Source: Candidatus Gottesmanbacteria bacterium RIFCSPLOWO2_01_FULL_42_22
GTDB taxonomy: Bacteria; Patescibacteriota; Microgenomatia; 2-02-FULL-39-11
Assembly: GCA_001779315.1 (NCBI GenBank)
Contig: MFJU01000001.1
Span: 6,258 to 70,257, forward strand
Direction: 5' to 3'
DNA: 64,000 nucleotides
Every line of letters starts with the position of its first letter. Position 1 is the first letter of the stretch. This document shows, piece after piece, positions 1-9,709 of this stretch. The notes beneath the pieces are model-generated. The model did not search any database and was not told the DNA's origin. It saw only the letters and a program-made list of their open reading frames with translations. The position numbers and the translations under genes are program-made.

Positions 1-243
1 GATATATCGATGGGGGATAAAAACTGTATTTTTCGGAAACATCCCTCTGGTAGCCGGATCAGTCAATTGGCTGAAATGCCGTAAGGTGATCAGCTTGTCT
101 ATCAGATGACGGTAATAATGACTGTAGGTTCTTTCTCTGCCGGCCACAACCAGCGCCAGGGTTTCAAATTTTCCTTTTTTGGCCGCGGTGAAAATTTCCA
201 GGGCGCTGTGTCCGGCTAAAGTTGCAATAATCGGTTTAGTCAT
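1..243 (-). CDS. Partial (N-terminal part only; C-terminus lies beyond the window edge) second PurP-like ATP-grasp protein, a paralog of the purP at 1353-2366
   Basis: Reverse translation from the ATG at 243-241 gives MTKPIIATLAGHSALEIFTAAKKGKFETLALVV..., which aligns with the N-terminus of the neighbouring PurP (MKNFSIATLASHTSLQILKGAKDEGFRTLAFC...). Confidence 0.6.
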   Translation of the reverse strand, partial: MTKPIIATLAGHSALEIFTAAKKGKFETLALVVAGRERTYSHYYRHLIDKLITLRHFSQLTDPATRGMFPKNTVFIPHRYI

Positions 244-252
244 AAATTAACT

Positions 253-1356
253 TCAGGCTTTAAGCTGTAAACTCCGGCTGTCATAAATGATATTCAAAGG
301 TGTAATGATCACCTGTTTTTTGCCTTTTTCGACGACACCCGCCTGGTAAGCTTTGATATCATGTTTAGCCGCTATCTGCAATACCGTCTCAGCATCCCCG
401 GAGGCAACGAAAACGGCAAAACCGGCACCCATATTAAAACTGCCATAAGCTTCTTTTGCTTCCAGAGGTCCTTTGGCCATCATGAATTTAAAGACTTCGG
501 GAACCGGCGGCAGACAGTTTATGCGGTAAGTCAGTTCTTTTTCACTACGCATGATTTTGCGCCAGCCATGCCCGGTAATATTGGCCAGATAATGGATATC
601 TATGCCATAGGCAAACAAGGCCTGCAGCAAGGTAGAATAAATTATCGTCGGCACCAGTAAGGCTTCGCCGTAATATTTCCCGTTTGCCATTTTCGTTTTA
701 TAGCCGTCGGGCAGTTTTCCGGCAATTTTCCGGGCCAGTGAAACGCCGTTTGACTGGATGCCTTTACTTTCCAGAAGAATTATGGCATCACCGGCCGAGA
801 GATTTTGACCTAAAACCAGCCTTTTTTTAGGTTTAATGATGCCGAAACAGGCTCCGGCTAAATCGATAGCCCCCTCTCTGACAATACCTTTAAGGACCGG
901 TGTTTCTCCGCCGCCCCAGGAAACTTCAGCTATATTACAGGCTAGCCTCCAGCCCTTAATAAAATCGGTTGTCCTTTTTTTATCAGCGAACCACTCTGAA
1001 CTGCCGGCAGCCCAATAAGCGACTAAGGCAGTCGGCCGGGCGCCGACGGTGATTAAATCATTTATAATATAAGCGACAGTATCCTGGGCAATCTGCTTAT
1101 AATAGCTTTGCCCTGTCAGTTTAGCCATCTCATCGGCCACCAGACTTTTGGTACCCAGACACTCCTCAACCAGAGCAAAAAAGCAATCGCTGTATTCCAT
1201 TACATATGCCGATTCTCCGCGGCTTGCGGAAATCTCCTGCATTTGGCTGAAGTGCAAATTCCTGGCTGTTTTTTTGCCTTCGGTCTGGGCCATAATTTTA
1301 AAGGGATCGATCAGCTGATAGACAACTCCTGATTGCTCGTAGGTGATTTTTTTCAT
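253..1356 (-). CDS. purM: Phosphoribosylformylglycinamidine cyclo-ligase (AIR synthetase)
   Basis: 367 aa; PurM/AIRS N- and C-domain conservation (..GGGETPVLKG.., ..NMGAGFAVFV..); sits inside the purine operon. Confidence 0.9.
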   Translation of the reverse strand: MKKITYEQSGVVYQLIDPFKIMAQTEGKKTARNLHFSQMQEISASRGESAYVMEYSDCFFALVEECLGTKSLVADEMAKLTGQSYYKQIAQDTVAYIINDLITVGARPTALVAYWAAGSSEWFADKKRTTDFIKGWRLACNIAEVSWGGGETPVLKGIVREGAIDLAGACFGIIKPKKRLVLGQNLSAGDAIILLESKGIQSNGVSLARKIAGKLPDGYKTKMANGKYYGEALLVPTIIYSTLLQALFAYGIDIHYLANITGHGWRKIMRSEKELTYRINCLPPVPEVFKFMMAKGPLEAKEAYGSFNMGAGFAVFVASGDAETVLQIAAKHDIKAYQAGVVEKGKKQVIITPLNIIYDSRSLQLKA

Positions 1357-2366
1357 GTTAAAATTACAGCCAGTTTTCTTTGCTTTATGGCCTGTTTGAT
1401 CTCCCGGGCAATCCTTCGGCCGACGCTCATAGGTATATCATATAGCAAATCCATGTATGGCGAACCTTTGATATAAAGATTGGTTCCGGCCACAATCCGG
1501 CAGGAGATTTCGATGGTATAGATGGTGGAATCACGGGTTATAATGGTTTCCAGGCAAAACGGGCCGAACAGTCCTTTCGGTGCAGCCATGATTTTTGAAC
1601 TGTTAACTATCTGTTGCCCCATTTCATAGATCTGAGGCAGTAAAGATTCGCGTAAAACAATCGGGAAATTGCCGATGACCGTGTAATCCGGTTCGGGTTT
1701 CAGATCCAATTGAAATTCTGCCGGCAAGCGTCCCAAACCGTCCACATCTGATTCGTAACGGCGGTCAACACCGGTAATTTCCAGTTTTCTGCTTAAAGCT
1801 GAGTAAAAATATTGGATATAAACGGGTATTCCTATGATATACTCTTGGATTAAATATTTTCCAGGTTCCAACTGTTTTTCCTTTAATTGCCGCTTTAAAA
1901 CCGCTTTATCTTTAGCTAAAAAATAACCCGAACCGCCCCGGGCTCCAAAAGTTTTAACGATAACCGGCCGGTCGACATTATTAGGACTTAAAAAAGTTAG
2001 TGGCAATTTCAGACCGGCGCTGTCCAGCATTTTTTTTTGCAATAACCTATTCCCTTCTATTTCTAAAACCTTTTTATTGCCGAAATACTTAAATTTTGTC
2101 TGCCGGTTAAAATCCTTGCCCAAATAAGCAACAAACGAACCGTGCGGAATCATGATGACAAATGAATTGGCCAACTTTTTTTCCAAACCGATTAGTTCCC
2201 GGTAATTTCCAAGAGTCACCAGTTTATCAATGAACTGGAAATTCCGGTAAAATTGCTCATTTTTATTAATGCAAAAGGCCAGAGTCCGAAAACCTTCATC
2301 CTTGGCTCCTTTAAGTATCTGCAGACTGGTGTGGGAAGCCAGTGTGGCGATGCTAAAATTTTTCAT
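1353..2366 (-). CDS. purP: 5-formaminoimidazole-4-carboxamide ribonucleotide (FAICAR) synthetase, archaeal-type ATP-grasp PurP
   Basis: 337 aa; N-terminal IATLASHTSLQILKGAKDEGF matches the PurP N-domain; ATP-grasp-like C-terminus; 4-nt overlap with purM. Confidence 0.75.
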   Translation of the reverse strand: MKNFSIATLASHTSLQILKGAKDEGFRTLAFCINKNEQFYRNFQFIDKLVTLGNYRELIGLEKKLANSFVIMIPHGSFVAYLGKDFNRQTKFKYFGNKKVLEIEGNRLLQKKMLDSAGLKLPLTFLSPNNVDRPVIVKTFGARGGSGYFLAKDKAVLKRQLKEKQLEPGKYLIQEYIIGIPVYIQYFYSALSRKLEITGVDRRYESDVDGLGRLPAEFQLDLKPEPDYTVIGNFPIVLRESLLPQIYEMGQQIVNSSKIMAAPKGLFGPFCLETIITRDSTIYTIEISCRIVAGTNLYIKGSPYMDLLYDIPMSVGRRIAREIKQAIKQRKLAVILT

Positions 2367-3256
2367 AATTCAGATAAATAATCGATTCCCAAAAAATTAA
2401 AAATACCGTCTAAATTAGCCAATACTTCTTTTTGGCCGTCCTCGAATAATATTATCGTATGTATAGAAAACATCGGCAATTTCGGCTCATTTTCTGAAAT
2501 AAATCTCGGTTCAAAAGTAAATCCGCAGTTATCGTTTATAACAAAATCACTTTCGCTGTTTATAAATTCTCGAGCTTTGCTGATGACGCTGTTGATCTTT
2601 TCTTCCTCGCCGCTGGCTATTTTTCTCTGTTGATCCTCATTTGGTTCTTTATTAAGAAATGGAATGGAATGGCCGAGATTGGGTTTAGTCATGTCTGTTG
2701 TCGAAACGATATAATTATAGTATCCCCCGGTCTTCATTAATTCGCTAGATTGGATGTATAGGTCTTTAAATGAAATTCCTGGCCGGATTTTGCCTGTTAA
2801 CTGTTTTAAAATTTCCGAACAAAGGCGGTAATGATCTTTTATCCGCGGGTCTTTACCCAGATAAAAAGTGAATCCGAAATCAGCGATCAAAGGAGTATCT
2901 TCAAGAAAAAAATACGGTGAGGAAAAAAGATATCCCCAGCCCTGATTATCCAAATAAACATCGGTTTTCGGCCAAAAAGTCTTTTCGCGCAGATTAGAAT
3001 ATTTAGCTCTATCCGGTTGACTTCGCCCGGCAAAAAGGGCAACTGTACCGAATGGCGGAGGTTCATACCAATAACCGTGTACCTGGCCCGATTTTTCCAG
3101 GTAAGTATGCCAAATATTGACGAATTTGAATTCAGAAACCTTTTTTTTACTTTTAAAGGCTCTTTGCAGGCTCAACAAGCAGCTTTGGGCAGCCGCTAAT
3201 CTGGTCTGCCTGACTATCAGGGCTTTATCTTTAAATTTCATTTTAAATTTTTCCAA
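2363..3256 (-). CDS. Divergent M24 (pita-bread fold, creatinase/prolidase/MetAP-like) family protein of unknown function embedded in the purine operon
   Basis: 297 aa. C-terminal motifs resemble M24 metal-site segments (GHSIPF.....EP, FTFEP, HTIILFEDGQKEVL vs prolidase/MetAP ...TVLITE(D)NGxE-LT). Translationally coupled to purP (ATGA overlap) and overlaps purD by 19 nt. Confidence 0.45.
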   Translation of the reverse strand: MEKFKMKFKDKALIVRQTRLAAAQSCLLSLQRAFKSKKKVSEFKFVNIWHTYLEKSGQVHGYWYEPPPFGTVALFAGRSQPDRAKYSNLREKTFWPKTDVYLDNQGWGYLFSSPYFFLEDTPLIADFGFTFYLGKDPRIKDHYRLCSEILKQLTGKIRPGISFKDLYIQSSELMKTGGYYNYIVSTTDMTKPNLGHSIPFLNKEPNEDQQRKIASGEEEKINSVISKAREFINSESDFVINDNCGFTFEPRFISENEPKLPMFSIHTIILFEDGQKEVLANLDGIFNFLGIDYLSEL

Positions 3257-4530
3257 AGGGATGCCTCCAGGCCTTTTTGGGCGATGTCCTTACGGTAGCG
3301 CATGTTTTTGAAATGAATAACATCTTTGCCGATTTGACTGTAAACCAGTTTAATAGCTTCTTCTAAAGTTTCTCCCCGGGCGCAAACTGCCAGCACCCGG
3401 CCGCTGCCGGCAGTTATTTTATCAGCCTGTTTTTTGACACCGGCCAGAAAAATGTTTATTAATTTATTCATATTTTCAGGGATATTGATTTCCATGCCGG
3501 AAACATATTTTCCCGGATAACCTTTGGCCGTTAAAATTACGCAAACCGCTGAACCCCTCTTCCAGGTTATTTTAAGTTTGCCGACTGCTTTGCGCTGGAT
3601 TGCCGTTAGGATATCCATTAAATCCGTTTTCAGAAGCTGCATCAAAGGTTGGGTTTCCGGATCGCCGAAACGGCAATTGTATTCCAGGACAAACGGTCCT
3701 TTTTCGGTCAGGATCAATCCCGGATAGAGAATGCCCTGATAAGGATTGCCTTCCTTGCCCATCGCCGCGATTGTCGGTGCAATGATCGACTTTTCGATTA
3801 ACTTAATCATTTCATCTGTTAAAAAAGGAACAGGCGCATAGGCGCCGATGCCGCCGGTATTAGAGCCGCGGTCCCCATCCCTGGCTCTTTTATGGTCCTG
3901 TGAAGGCAGGAGAGTCACGAAATCGGTTCCATCCGTCACGGCCATAAATGAAACTTCCTGACCGATCAGACATTCTTCGATTATGACCCGGGCTGCTGCT
4001 CTACCGAATAATTTGTTTTTCATCAGCTTAGTCAGAAACTCATTGGCTTTTGCATAGGTTCTGCAGACTGCCACTCCTTTGCCCAAACACTGTCCGTCAG
4101 CTTTGATGACCAGAGGATAAAGTTGTTTCCGGGCATAAGCCCTGGCTTTGGACAGACTCTTAAAAACAGAAAATTTGGCAGTCGGGATTGCGTATTTTTT
4201 CATCAGTTTTTTTGCGAAAACTTTCGAACCTTCCAGCCGGGCTGCTTTCGCGGAAGGTCCGATGACAGTCAGTTTGTTTTGGCGGAATAGATCAGCCAGA
4301 CCGGCGATCAACGGAGCTTCGGGACCTACTAATGTCAGATCAATCCGTTTATCTTTGGCAAATTCCAGAATCTGCCTGTATTTATGTATGGGAATATTGA
4401 CATTGGTGGCCAGGGAAGCCGTACCGGCATTACCCGGCAGACAAAAAAGTTGACTGATCCGCCGGGATTGGGCAAGTTTCCAAACCAAAGCATGTTCCCG
4501 ACCCCCGGAACCGATGACTAATACTTTCAT
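3238..4530 (-). CDS. purD: Phosphoribosylamine-glycine ligase (GAR synthetase)
   Basis: 430 aa; MKVLVIGSGGREHAL N-terminus; ATP-grasp core. Confidence 0.9.
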   Translation of the reverse strand: MKVLVIGSGGREHALVWKLAQSRRISQLFCLPGNAGTASLATNVNIPIHKYRQILEFAKDKRIDLTLVGPEAPLIAGLADLFRQNKLTVIGPSAKAARLEGSKVFAKKLMKKYAIPTAKFSVFKSLSKARAYARKQLYPLVIKADGQCLGKGVAVCRTYAKANEFLTKLMKNKLFGRAAARVIIEECLIGQEVSFMAVTDGTDFVTLLPSQDHKRARDGDRGSNTGGIGAYAPVPFLTDEMIKLIEKSIIAPTIAAMGKEGNPYQGILYPGLILTEKGPFVLEYNCRFGDPETQPLMQLLKTDLMDILTAIQRKAVGKLKITWKRGSAVCVILTAKGYPGKYVSGMEINIPENMNKLINIFLAGVKKQADKITAGSGRVLAVCARGETLEEAIKLVYSQIGKDVIHFKNMRYRKDIAQKGLEASLWKNLK

Positions 4531-4536
4531 AATTTC

Positions 4537-5256
4537 CTAACCTGACGGATATAGACAGACGGCTGCTTCTTTTGCCCGCTTTAAGACAGCTAAATTTTTT
4601 TTATCAACCAGGGCTTTTGTTCTCCTCAGGATTTTCAGTTTATTTTTAGTAAATAGTTTTAAGATTTCTATCTGTAATTTATGCTCCAACGGCAATACTT
4701 TAGCCTGCAAGGATTCAACGGTCTCGTTTTGACTGATAGTGATTTTGCTGCGTCCGACAATTTCTCCCCGGTCATATTGTTCATTGACCAAATGGCAGGT
4801 TGCTTCTGTCCAAAAATCTTTTTTGGTTATTCTTCTGTATAAAATTACCGCTGCATGCACCCGCCTGCCATACATTCCCCTGCCGCCGAAATCGGCTCGC
4901 GGCGGATCCAAGGGCCCTGGATGCTGATTGGTTATGCAGCCTTTATATTCACTGATTAAATTTGGAGGCGTCAGCGGCAACCAGCCGAATTGTCCGATAA
5001 TATCAATATCTCGCTTTTGGCATTCGCAAATCAATTTCGCTCCAAAAGATTGGTGTGTTGCAAAACGCAGCGGATCAACGATTATGACATCCTTTTTCTC
5101 CATGCCCAATTTATGTGCTTTTTCGATACCTCCAATTCCCCTTTTACTGGCCACCACTAATGACGGCGACATCTTTAAGATCCTTTTTCGGCAGGCGACA
5201 ATGACGGCCTCGGCAGTCGAGCCACCACCGGAAATAAATAACGCTAACTTAAGCAT
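4537..5256 (-). CDS. purN: Phosphoribosylglycinamide formyltransferase (formyl-transferase family)
   Basis: 239 aa; LALFISGGGSTAEAVI N-terminus typical of PurN; position between purD and glyA. Confidence 0.7.
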   Translation of the reverse strand: MLKLALFISGGGSTAEAVIVACRKRILKMSPSLVVASKRGIGGIEKAHKLGMEKKDVIIVDPLRFATHQSFGAKLICECQKRDIDIIGQFGWLPLTPPNLISEYKGCITNQHPGPLDPPRADFGGRGMYGRRVHAAVILYRRITKKDFWTEATCHLVNEQYDRGEIVGRSKITISQNETVESLQAKVLPLEHKLQIEILKLFTKNKLKILRRTKALVDKKNLAVLKRAKEAAVCLYPSG

Positions 5257-5259
5257 GCG

Positions 5260-6600
5260 TTAGTCCCAGGCAAAAATGGGGAATTTAAAAGCCATTTGTT
5301 TAACTTCTTTCCCAATGGTTGCCAATTTTTTATTCTTCCAGACTTCGGCTTTTACCTTCTTAATAAACTGCGCTCTTATTTCTTTCTGCTCGGGTAATCG
5401 ATAATGTTCCACTTCCGCGATAACTTTGGTAATCCAGCCGGCGATCTTTTTCATCTCGTTCTCTTTTAATCCGCGGGTCGTCACAATCGGCGTCCCCAAC
5501 CTGACGCCTGAGGGATACATCGGTGGATTCTGGTCATGCGGCACGGTATTGTAATTAACCACAATATTAACCACTTCCAAAGCTTCGGCGACGATGTTAC
5601 CGATTACTTTATTCGGACGCAGATCCATCACAATCAGATGGCTGTCGGTACCGTCTGTCGTTAATTTAATGCCGCTTTTAATAAGAGTATCAGCCAATAC
5701 CTTGGCGTTCTTGACTATTTGTTGGGCATATTTTTTAAACTTAGGCGAAGCGGCTTCTTTGAAACAAACGGCCATGGCCGCTGTCACATTGTCATGCGGA
5801 CCACCCGAAAGTCCCGGAAAAACCGCGCGGTCTATTTTTTTGCCCATTTCGGCATCGCGTATTAATCCTTTATGCGTAACCATCAGAACGGCTCCTCTAG
5901 GGCCGCGGATCGTTTTATGCGTTGTAAACATCACCACGTCAGCATACGGTACTGGTGAAGGATAAGCGCCACCGGCAACTAACCCGGCAACATGGGCGAT
6001 ATCAGTTAATAAAATCGCATTAATGCTGTCAGCAATTTGGCGCCATTTTTTCCAATTAAATAATCTTGGGTACGCCGTCGTTCCCACTACCAGCATTTTA
6101 GGCTTCTCCTTTTTAGCCAAATCGGAAATTTTATCCATATCCAGCCAGCCGTCAGGTTCAACGTTAAATTGAACAGAATTAAAATATTTGCCGGAAAAAG
6201 TAACCCCCGGATGACCATGTGTCAGGTGGCCTCCGCCTGATAATTTTAATCCCATAATTTTGTCTCCAGGATTCAACAAAGCAAAGTAAACCGCCGTATT
6301 TGCCGGTGAACCCGAATAAGGCTGGACGTTAACATGAGGAACATCAAACAGTTTTTTGCAGCGCTCGATAGCCAATGTTTCAATTTCATCAATGTATCGA
6401 TTTCCTTGATAATAACGGTGATACGGATAACCTTCGGAATACTTATTAGTCAGAACCGATCCTAGCGCCTCTAATACAGCTTGAGAGACATAATTTTCTG
6501 ACGGGATCATTTCCAGCACATCCTTTTGCCGGCGTTCTTCCTGAAGCATATAACTGTATAATTCTTTGTCATATTTGCCGATATTAATATAATTTTTCAT
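5260..6600 (-). CDS. glyA: Serine hydroxymethyltransferase
   Basis: 446 aa; the SHMT PLP-lysine region TTHKT.RGPRG is present. Confidence 0.9.
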   Translation of the reverse strand: MKNYINIGKYDKELYSYMLQEERRQKDVLEMIPSENYVSQAVLEALGSVLTNKYSEGYPYHRYYQGNRYIDEIETLAIERCKKLFDVPHVNVQPYSGSPANTAVYFALLNPGDKIMGLKLSGGGHLTHGHPGVTFSGKYFNSVQFNVEPDGWLDMDKISDLAKKEKPKMLVVGTTAYPRLFNWKKWRQIADSINAILLTDIAHVAGLVAGGAYPSPVPYADVVMFTTHKTIRGPRGAVLMVTHKGLIRDAEMGKKIDRAVFPGLSGGPHDNVTAAMAVCFKEAASPKFKKYAQQIVKNAKVLADTLIKSGIKLTTDGTDSHLIVMDLRPNKVIGNIVAEALEVVNIVVNYNTVPHDQNPPMYPSGVRLGTPIVTTRGLKENEMKKIAGWITKVIAEVEHYRLPEQKEIRAQFIKKVKAEVWKNKKLATIGKEVKQMAFKFPIFAWD

Positions 6601-6687
6601 AAAATTACCTCCATATTAACTTAATAAATTTAACACCTTACATGAATTTAAGATATCTAGATCATAGTTGAATAACTGAAATGTATC

Positions 6688-8109
6688 TTAACTTGCTGTA
6701 TTTTCCAATATATTTTTGCGGAAATTGTGTTTAACAGGTAAAGGATAGCGTCCGGAAAAGCAGGCAGTACAAAGGCTATCTTGTTTTTGGGCGGATGCTT
6801 CAATTAAGCCTGAAAGACTTAAATATTTCAGCGAATCCGCTTTAATGAATTCCCTGATTTGGGCGACGCTTTTTTTAGCGGCAATCAAATCATGGCGGTT
6901 AGGGGTATCCACGCCAAAATAGCACGGCCAGCGGACCGGCGGCGAACAGATCCTGAGATGAATTTCGCGGGCACCGCTTTTCTTCAGCATTTCGACAATC
7001 TTTTTCATGGTCGTTCCCCGGACAATCGAGTCATCAACCAATACTACCCGCTTACCGGCGATAATTTTTGTTAAAACATTAAATTTTATCTGTACCCCCA
7101 GCTCCCGGATATGCTGTTCCGGCTGGATAAAAGTCCGGCCGATATAACGGTTCTTAATGAGAACCTCACCGTACGGAATCCCCAATTCGGAAGCAAAACC
7201 GATGGCCGCTGAAGTACCGGAATCAGGTATGGCAGCTACTAAATCCGCTTTAATAGGCGCTTCCTTTGCCAGCAGCTGGCCACTTCTGAAGCGGACGCTG
7301 TGAACTAGTTGTTGATTCAATAAACTGTCAGGCCTGGCCAGATATACGTATTCAAACAGGCAAAATTTCTTTGAGGCACCGGCAGCTTTAATTTTTCCCA
7401 AATTGACAATGCCGTTGCGGTTAATTTCAATCACTTCACCCGGCTCAACTTCTCTTATAAAATCAGCACCGATAGTTTCCAAAGCACAGCTTTCTGATGC
7501 CACTACATGGTAACCGTTAAGTTTCCCCAAAACCAGAGGCCGGAATCCCCAGGGATCACGAAAGGCATAAAGCCGCTTTTTGGAACAGGCTACAATTGAA
7601 TATGCGCCCTTAAATAAAGGAGCAGCGTTGATTATTTTTTCATTCCATTTCTCGCCGGAGGCGTAATAGATGGTATAAGCCAATACCTCCGTGTCACTGG
7701 TGGATATTCTTTTGACATTAGTTAATTTTTTAGCTAATTCTTCGGAATTTATAATATTGCCATTATGGGACACGGCGAAAACTTTATGCTTCAACGATAA
7801 AATGACGGGTTGGGTATTTTCTTTGGTATTGCCGCCGGTGGTTGAATAACGGTTGTGACCGATGGCGATAAATCCCTTAAGCTTGCTTAGGTTTTGCTCG
7901 TTAAAGACGGAAGTGACCAACCCCAGGTTTCTGATGCTTCTCAGCTTAATGCCGTCGGAAACAGCTATGCCGGCACCTTCCTGCCCGCGGTGCTGCAAGG
8001 AGTGCAAAGCAAAATAGGCTATTTTGGCGACGTCTTCACCCGGAGCATAAATACCGAAAACTCCGCATTTATCGCGGATAGCATCTTTCGGATCGGAGGA
8101 TGAAATCAT
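6688..8109 (-). CDS. purF: Amidophosphoribosyltransferase (glutamine PRPP amidotransferase), with a short propeptide before the nucleophile Cys
   Basis: 473 aa; ..DKCGVFGIY.. Ntn Cys nucleophile; PRTase motif VLVDDSIVRGTT; C-terminal Cys cluster (CTACFSGRYP). Confidence 0.9.
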   Translation of the reverse strand: MISSSDPKDAIRDKCGVFGIYAPGEDVAKIAYFALHSLQHRGQEGAGIAVSDGIKLRSIRNLGLVTSVFNEQNLSKLKGFIAIGHNRYSTTGGNTKENTQPVILSLKHKVFAVSHNGNIINSEELAKKLTNVKRISTSDTEVLAYTIYYASGEKWNEKIINAAPLFKGAYSIVACSKKRLYAFRDPWGFRPLVLGKLNGYHVVASESCALETIGADFIREVEPGEVIEINRNGIVNLGKIKAAGASKKFCLFEYVYLARPDSLLNQQLVHSVRFRSGQLLAKEAPIKADLVAAIPDSGTSAAIGFASELGIPYGEVLIKNRYIGRTFIQPEQHIRELGVQIKFNVLTKIIAGKRVVLVDDSIVRGTTMKKIVEMLKKSGAREIHLRICSPPVRWPCYFGVDTPNRHDLIAAKKSVAQIREFIKADSLKYLSLSGLIEASAQKQDSLCTACFSGRYPLPVKHNFRKNILENTAS

Positions 8110-8112
8110 TTT

Positions 8113-8571
8113 TTACTGATTTATCTTTAAAACTTCTTTTTTCATCTGATTTTGAAAAGTAACTATTTTATTTTTTAAGCGTTTGTTTTGCAACGCCAGC
8201 ATTTTAACCGCGGCAAGGGAAGCCTGATCTGCTTCCAAGACAGTCAAAGCCGCGATACCCGAGGGCATTCTCAGACTTGAAAGAATATCCAATCCGGCAA
8301 AAGCTGCGCTTTTCGGCGGACAATTGATAACCGGATAGACGGTGTGAGCATCGACAAAACCGCCCAAAGCATTACTCCGGCCGGCGACACAGATATAGAT
8401 TAGAGGTTTCTGTTTTTTTTCATAACTGTCCAGAATTTTCAGTAAATATTCTGGAGTTTTATGGGCCGAAGCGATGTGCACTTTAAAAGGGACCAGGAAC
8501 TTTTCCAGGTTTCTCGCAATCTCTTTATAGGTTTCCGCATCACGCTCTGAACCGGCAATTATAACTATCAT
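8113..8571 (-). CDS. purE: N5-CAIR mutase / AIR carboxylase catalytic subunit
   Basis: 152 aa; MIVIIAGSERD, the ..AHKTP.. and ..AGRSNALGG.. PurE motifs; no purK nearby. Confidence 0.9.
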   Translation of the reverse strand: MIVIIAGSERDAETYKEIARNLEKFLVPFKVHIASAHKTPEYLLKILDSYEKKQKPLIYICVAGRSNALGGFVDAHTVYPVINCPPKSAAFAGLDILSSLRMPSGIAALTVLEADQASLAAVKMLALQNKRLKNKIVTFQNQMKKEVLKINQ

Positions 8572-9545
8572 TTGTAGGGAAGGCGAAAATATTTTTCCAT
8601 ATTTTTGTTTATTTCTTCAAGTACCGGATATTTTCTGGCAATAAATTTTTTTCCGGTGATCATCTCAAAAATGGCGATATATCTTCTAGCAGTTTTAACG
8701 ATTAAATCCTCAGTCATTTTCGGCGGTTCACCGTCTCCGATATATCCCTTGTGAGCATACCAAAGCCGCAAAAATTCTTTGTCAAAATTTTCCGGTTCCT
8801 GACCTTCTTTTAATCTTTTAAGGTAAGTCTCCTTTTTCCAAAAACGGCTGGAATCAGGCGTATGGATTTCATCAATCAGCATCAGTTTCCCTTTGTAATC
8901 GGCAAATTCATACTTGGTATCGACTAGTATAATGCCGGCACGGCTGCAAATTTTGCTTCCTCTTTCAAATAAGGCCAAAGCCGCCTGCTTCATTTGCTTC
9001 CAGTCTTTCGCTTTAATTATCTTTTTAGCCAAAATTTCTTTTTCCGTCAGTTTCCGGTCGTGCTGGCCGTGTTCGGCTTTGGTGGTAGGAGTTATGATCG
9101 GATGGGGCAATTTTTGATTTTTCTTCATCCCGTCCGGAAACTTGATGCCGTAGATGATCCTTTCTCCGTTTTCGTAAGCTTTCCAGATAGAAGTTGAGGT
9201 TACTCCGCTTAAATATCCCCTGACAACCATTTCCACTGGATAGGCTTGGGCTTCGATGGCGACGGTCACATTGGAATCCGGAAAAGCCAGGGCATGATTT
9301 GTCACAATATCTCTGGTTTTGTCAAACCAGAAAGCGGACAACTCATTTAAGACCTGGCCTTTAAACGGTATATAGCCCAATACTCTGTCAAAAGCGGAAA
9401 TACGGTCGGTGGTGATGAGGATTCTCCGCTGGCCGACCCGGTAGATATCCCTGACTTTACCCTGCTCTTTTGATTTTAAAGAGGGGAGATCGACTTTTTT
9501 TAAAACAAATTTTAAAGTTTTTCTTATGGTTTGTTCCGTCAGCAT
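8568..9545 (-). CDS. purC: SAICAR synthetase
   Basis: 325 aa; GKVRDIY..., ..LILVDTKYEF.. SAICAR synthetase motifs. Confidence 0.9.
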   Translation of the reverse strand: MLTEQTIRKTLKFVLKKVDLPSLKSKEQGKVRDIYRVGQRRILITTDRISAFDRVLGYIPFKGQVLNELSAFWFDKTRDIVTNHALAFPDSNVTVAIEAQAYPVEMVVRGYLSGVTSTSIWKAYENGERIIYGIKFPDGMKKNQKLPHPIITPTTKAEHGQHDRKLTEKEILAKKIIKAKDWKQMKQAALALFERGSKICSRAGIILVDTKYEFADYKGKLMLIDEIHTPDSSRFWKKETYLKRLKEGQEPENFDKEFLRLWYAHKGYIGDGEPPKMTEDLIVKTARRYIAIFEMITGKKFIARKYPVLEEINKNMEKYFRLPYK

Positions 9546-9622
9546 GATATACCTTTTTTAAACTTTTCCCATCTAAAAATCAATAATGAAGATTGCTCTG
9601 ATAATTTTTAATGAAATAATTA

Positions 9623-9709
9623 AAGGGTGAATCCAGATTTTTCGCGCACAGGCGGACCCCGCCCCGAAGGGGAAGGGATCCGAGCACGAAAAATTTCGGA
9701 TGAACCCTT
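9623..9709 (-). other. Highly structured, GC-rich RNA element in the purQ-purC spacer (long imperfect inverted repeat enclosing cUUCGg and GGCGG-GGU-CCGCC hairpins); possible attenuator or riboswitch of unknown class
   Basis: Minus-strand RNA AAGGGUUCAUCCGAAAUUUUUCGUGCUCGGAUCCCUUCCCCUUCGGGGCGGGGUCCGCCUGUGCGCGAAAAAUCUGGAUUCACCCUU. The outer arms pair over about 22 bp with internal loops, and there is no U-tract after it. Confidence 0.35.

Noticed and set aside
2363-3256. Calling the M24-like protein methionine aminopeptidase (map)
   Set aside because: Metal-ligand blocks are degenerate (GHSIPF rather than GHGIG). The D...D spacing is atypical. The purine-operon context is unlike the usual map location.
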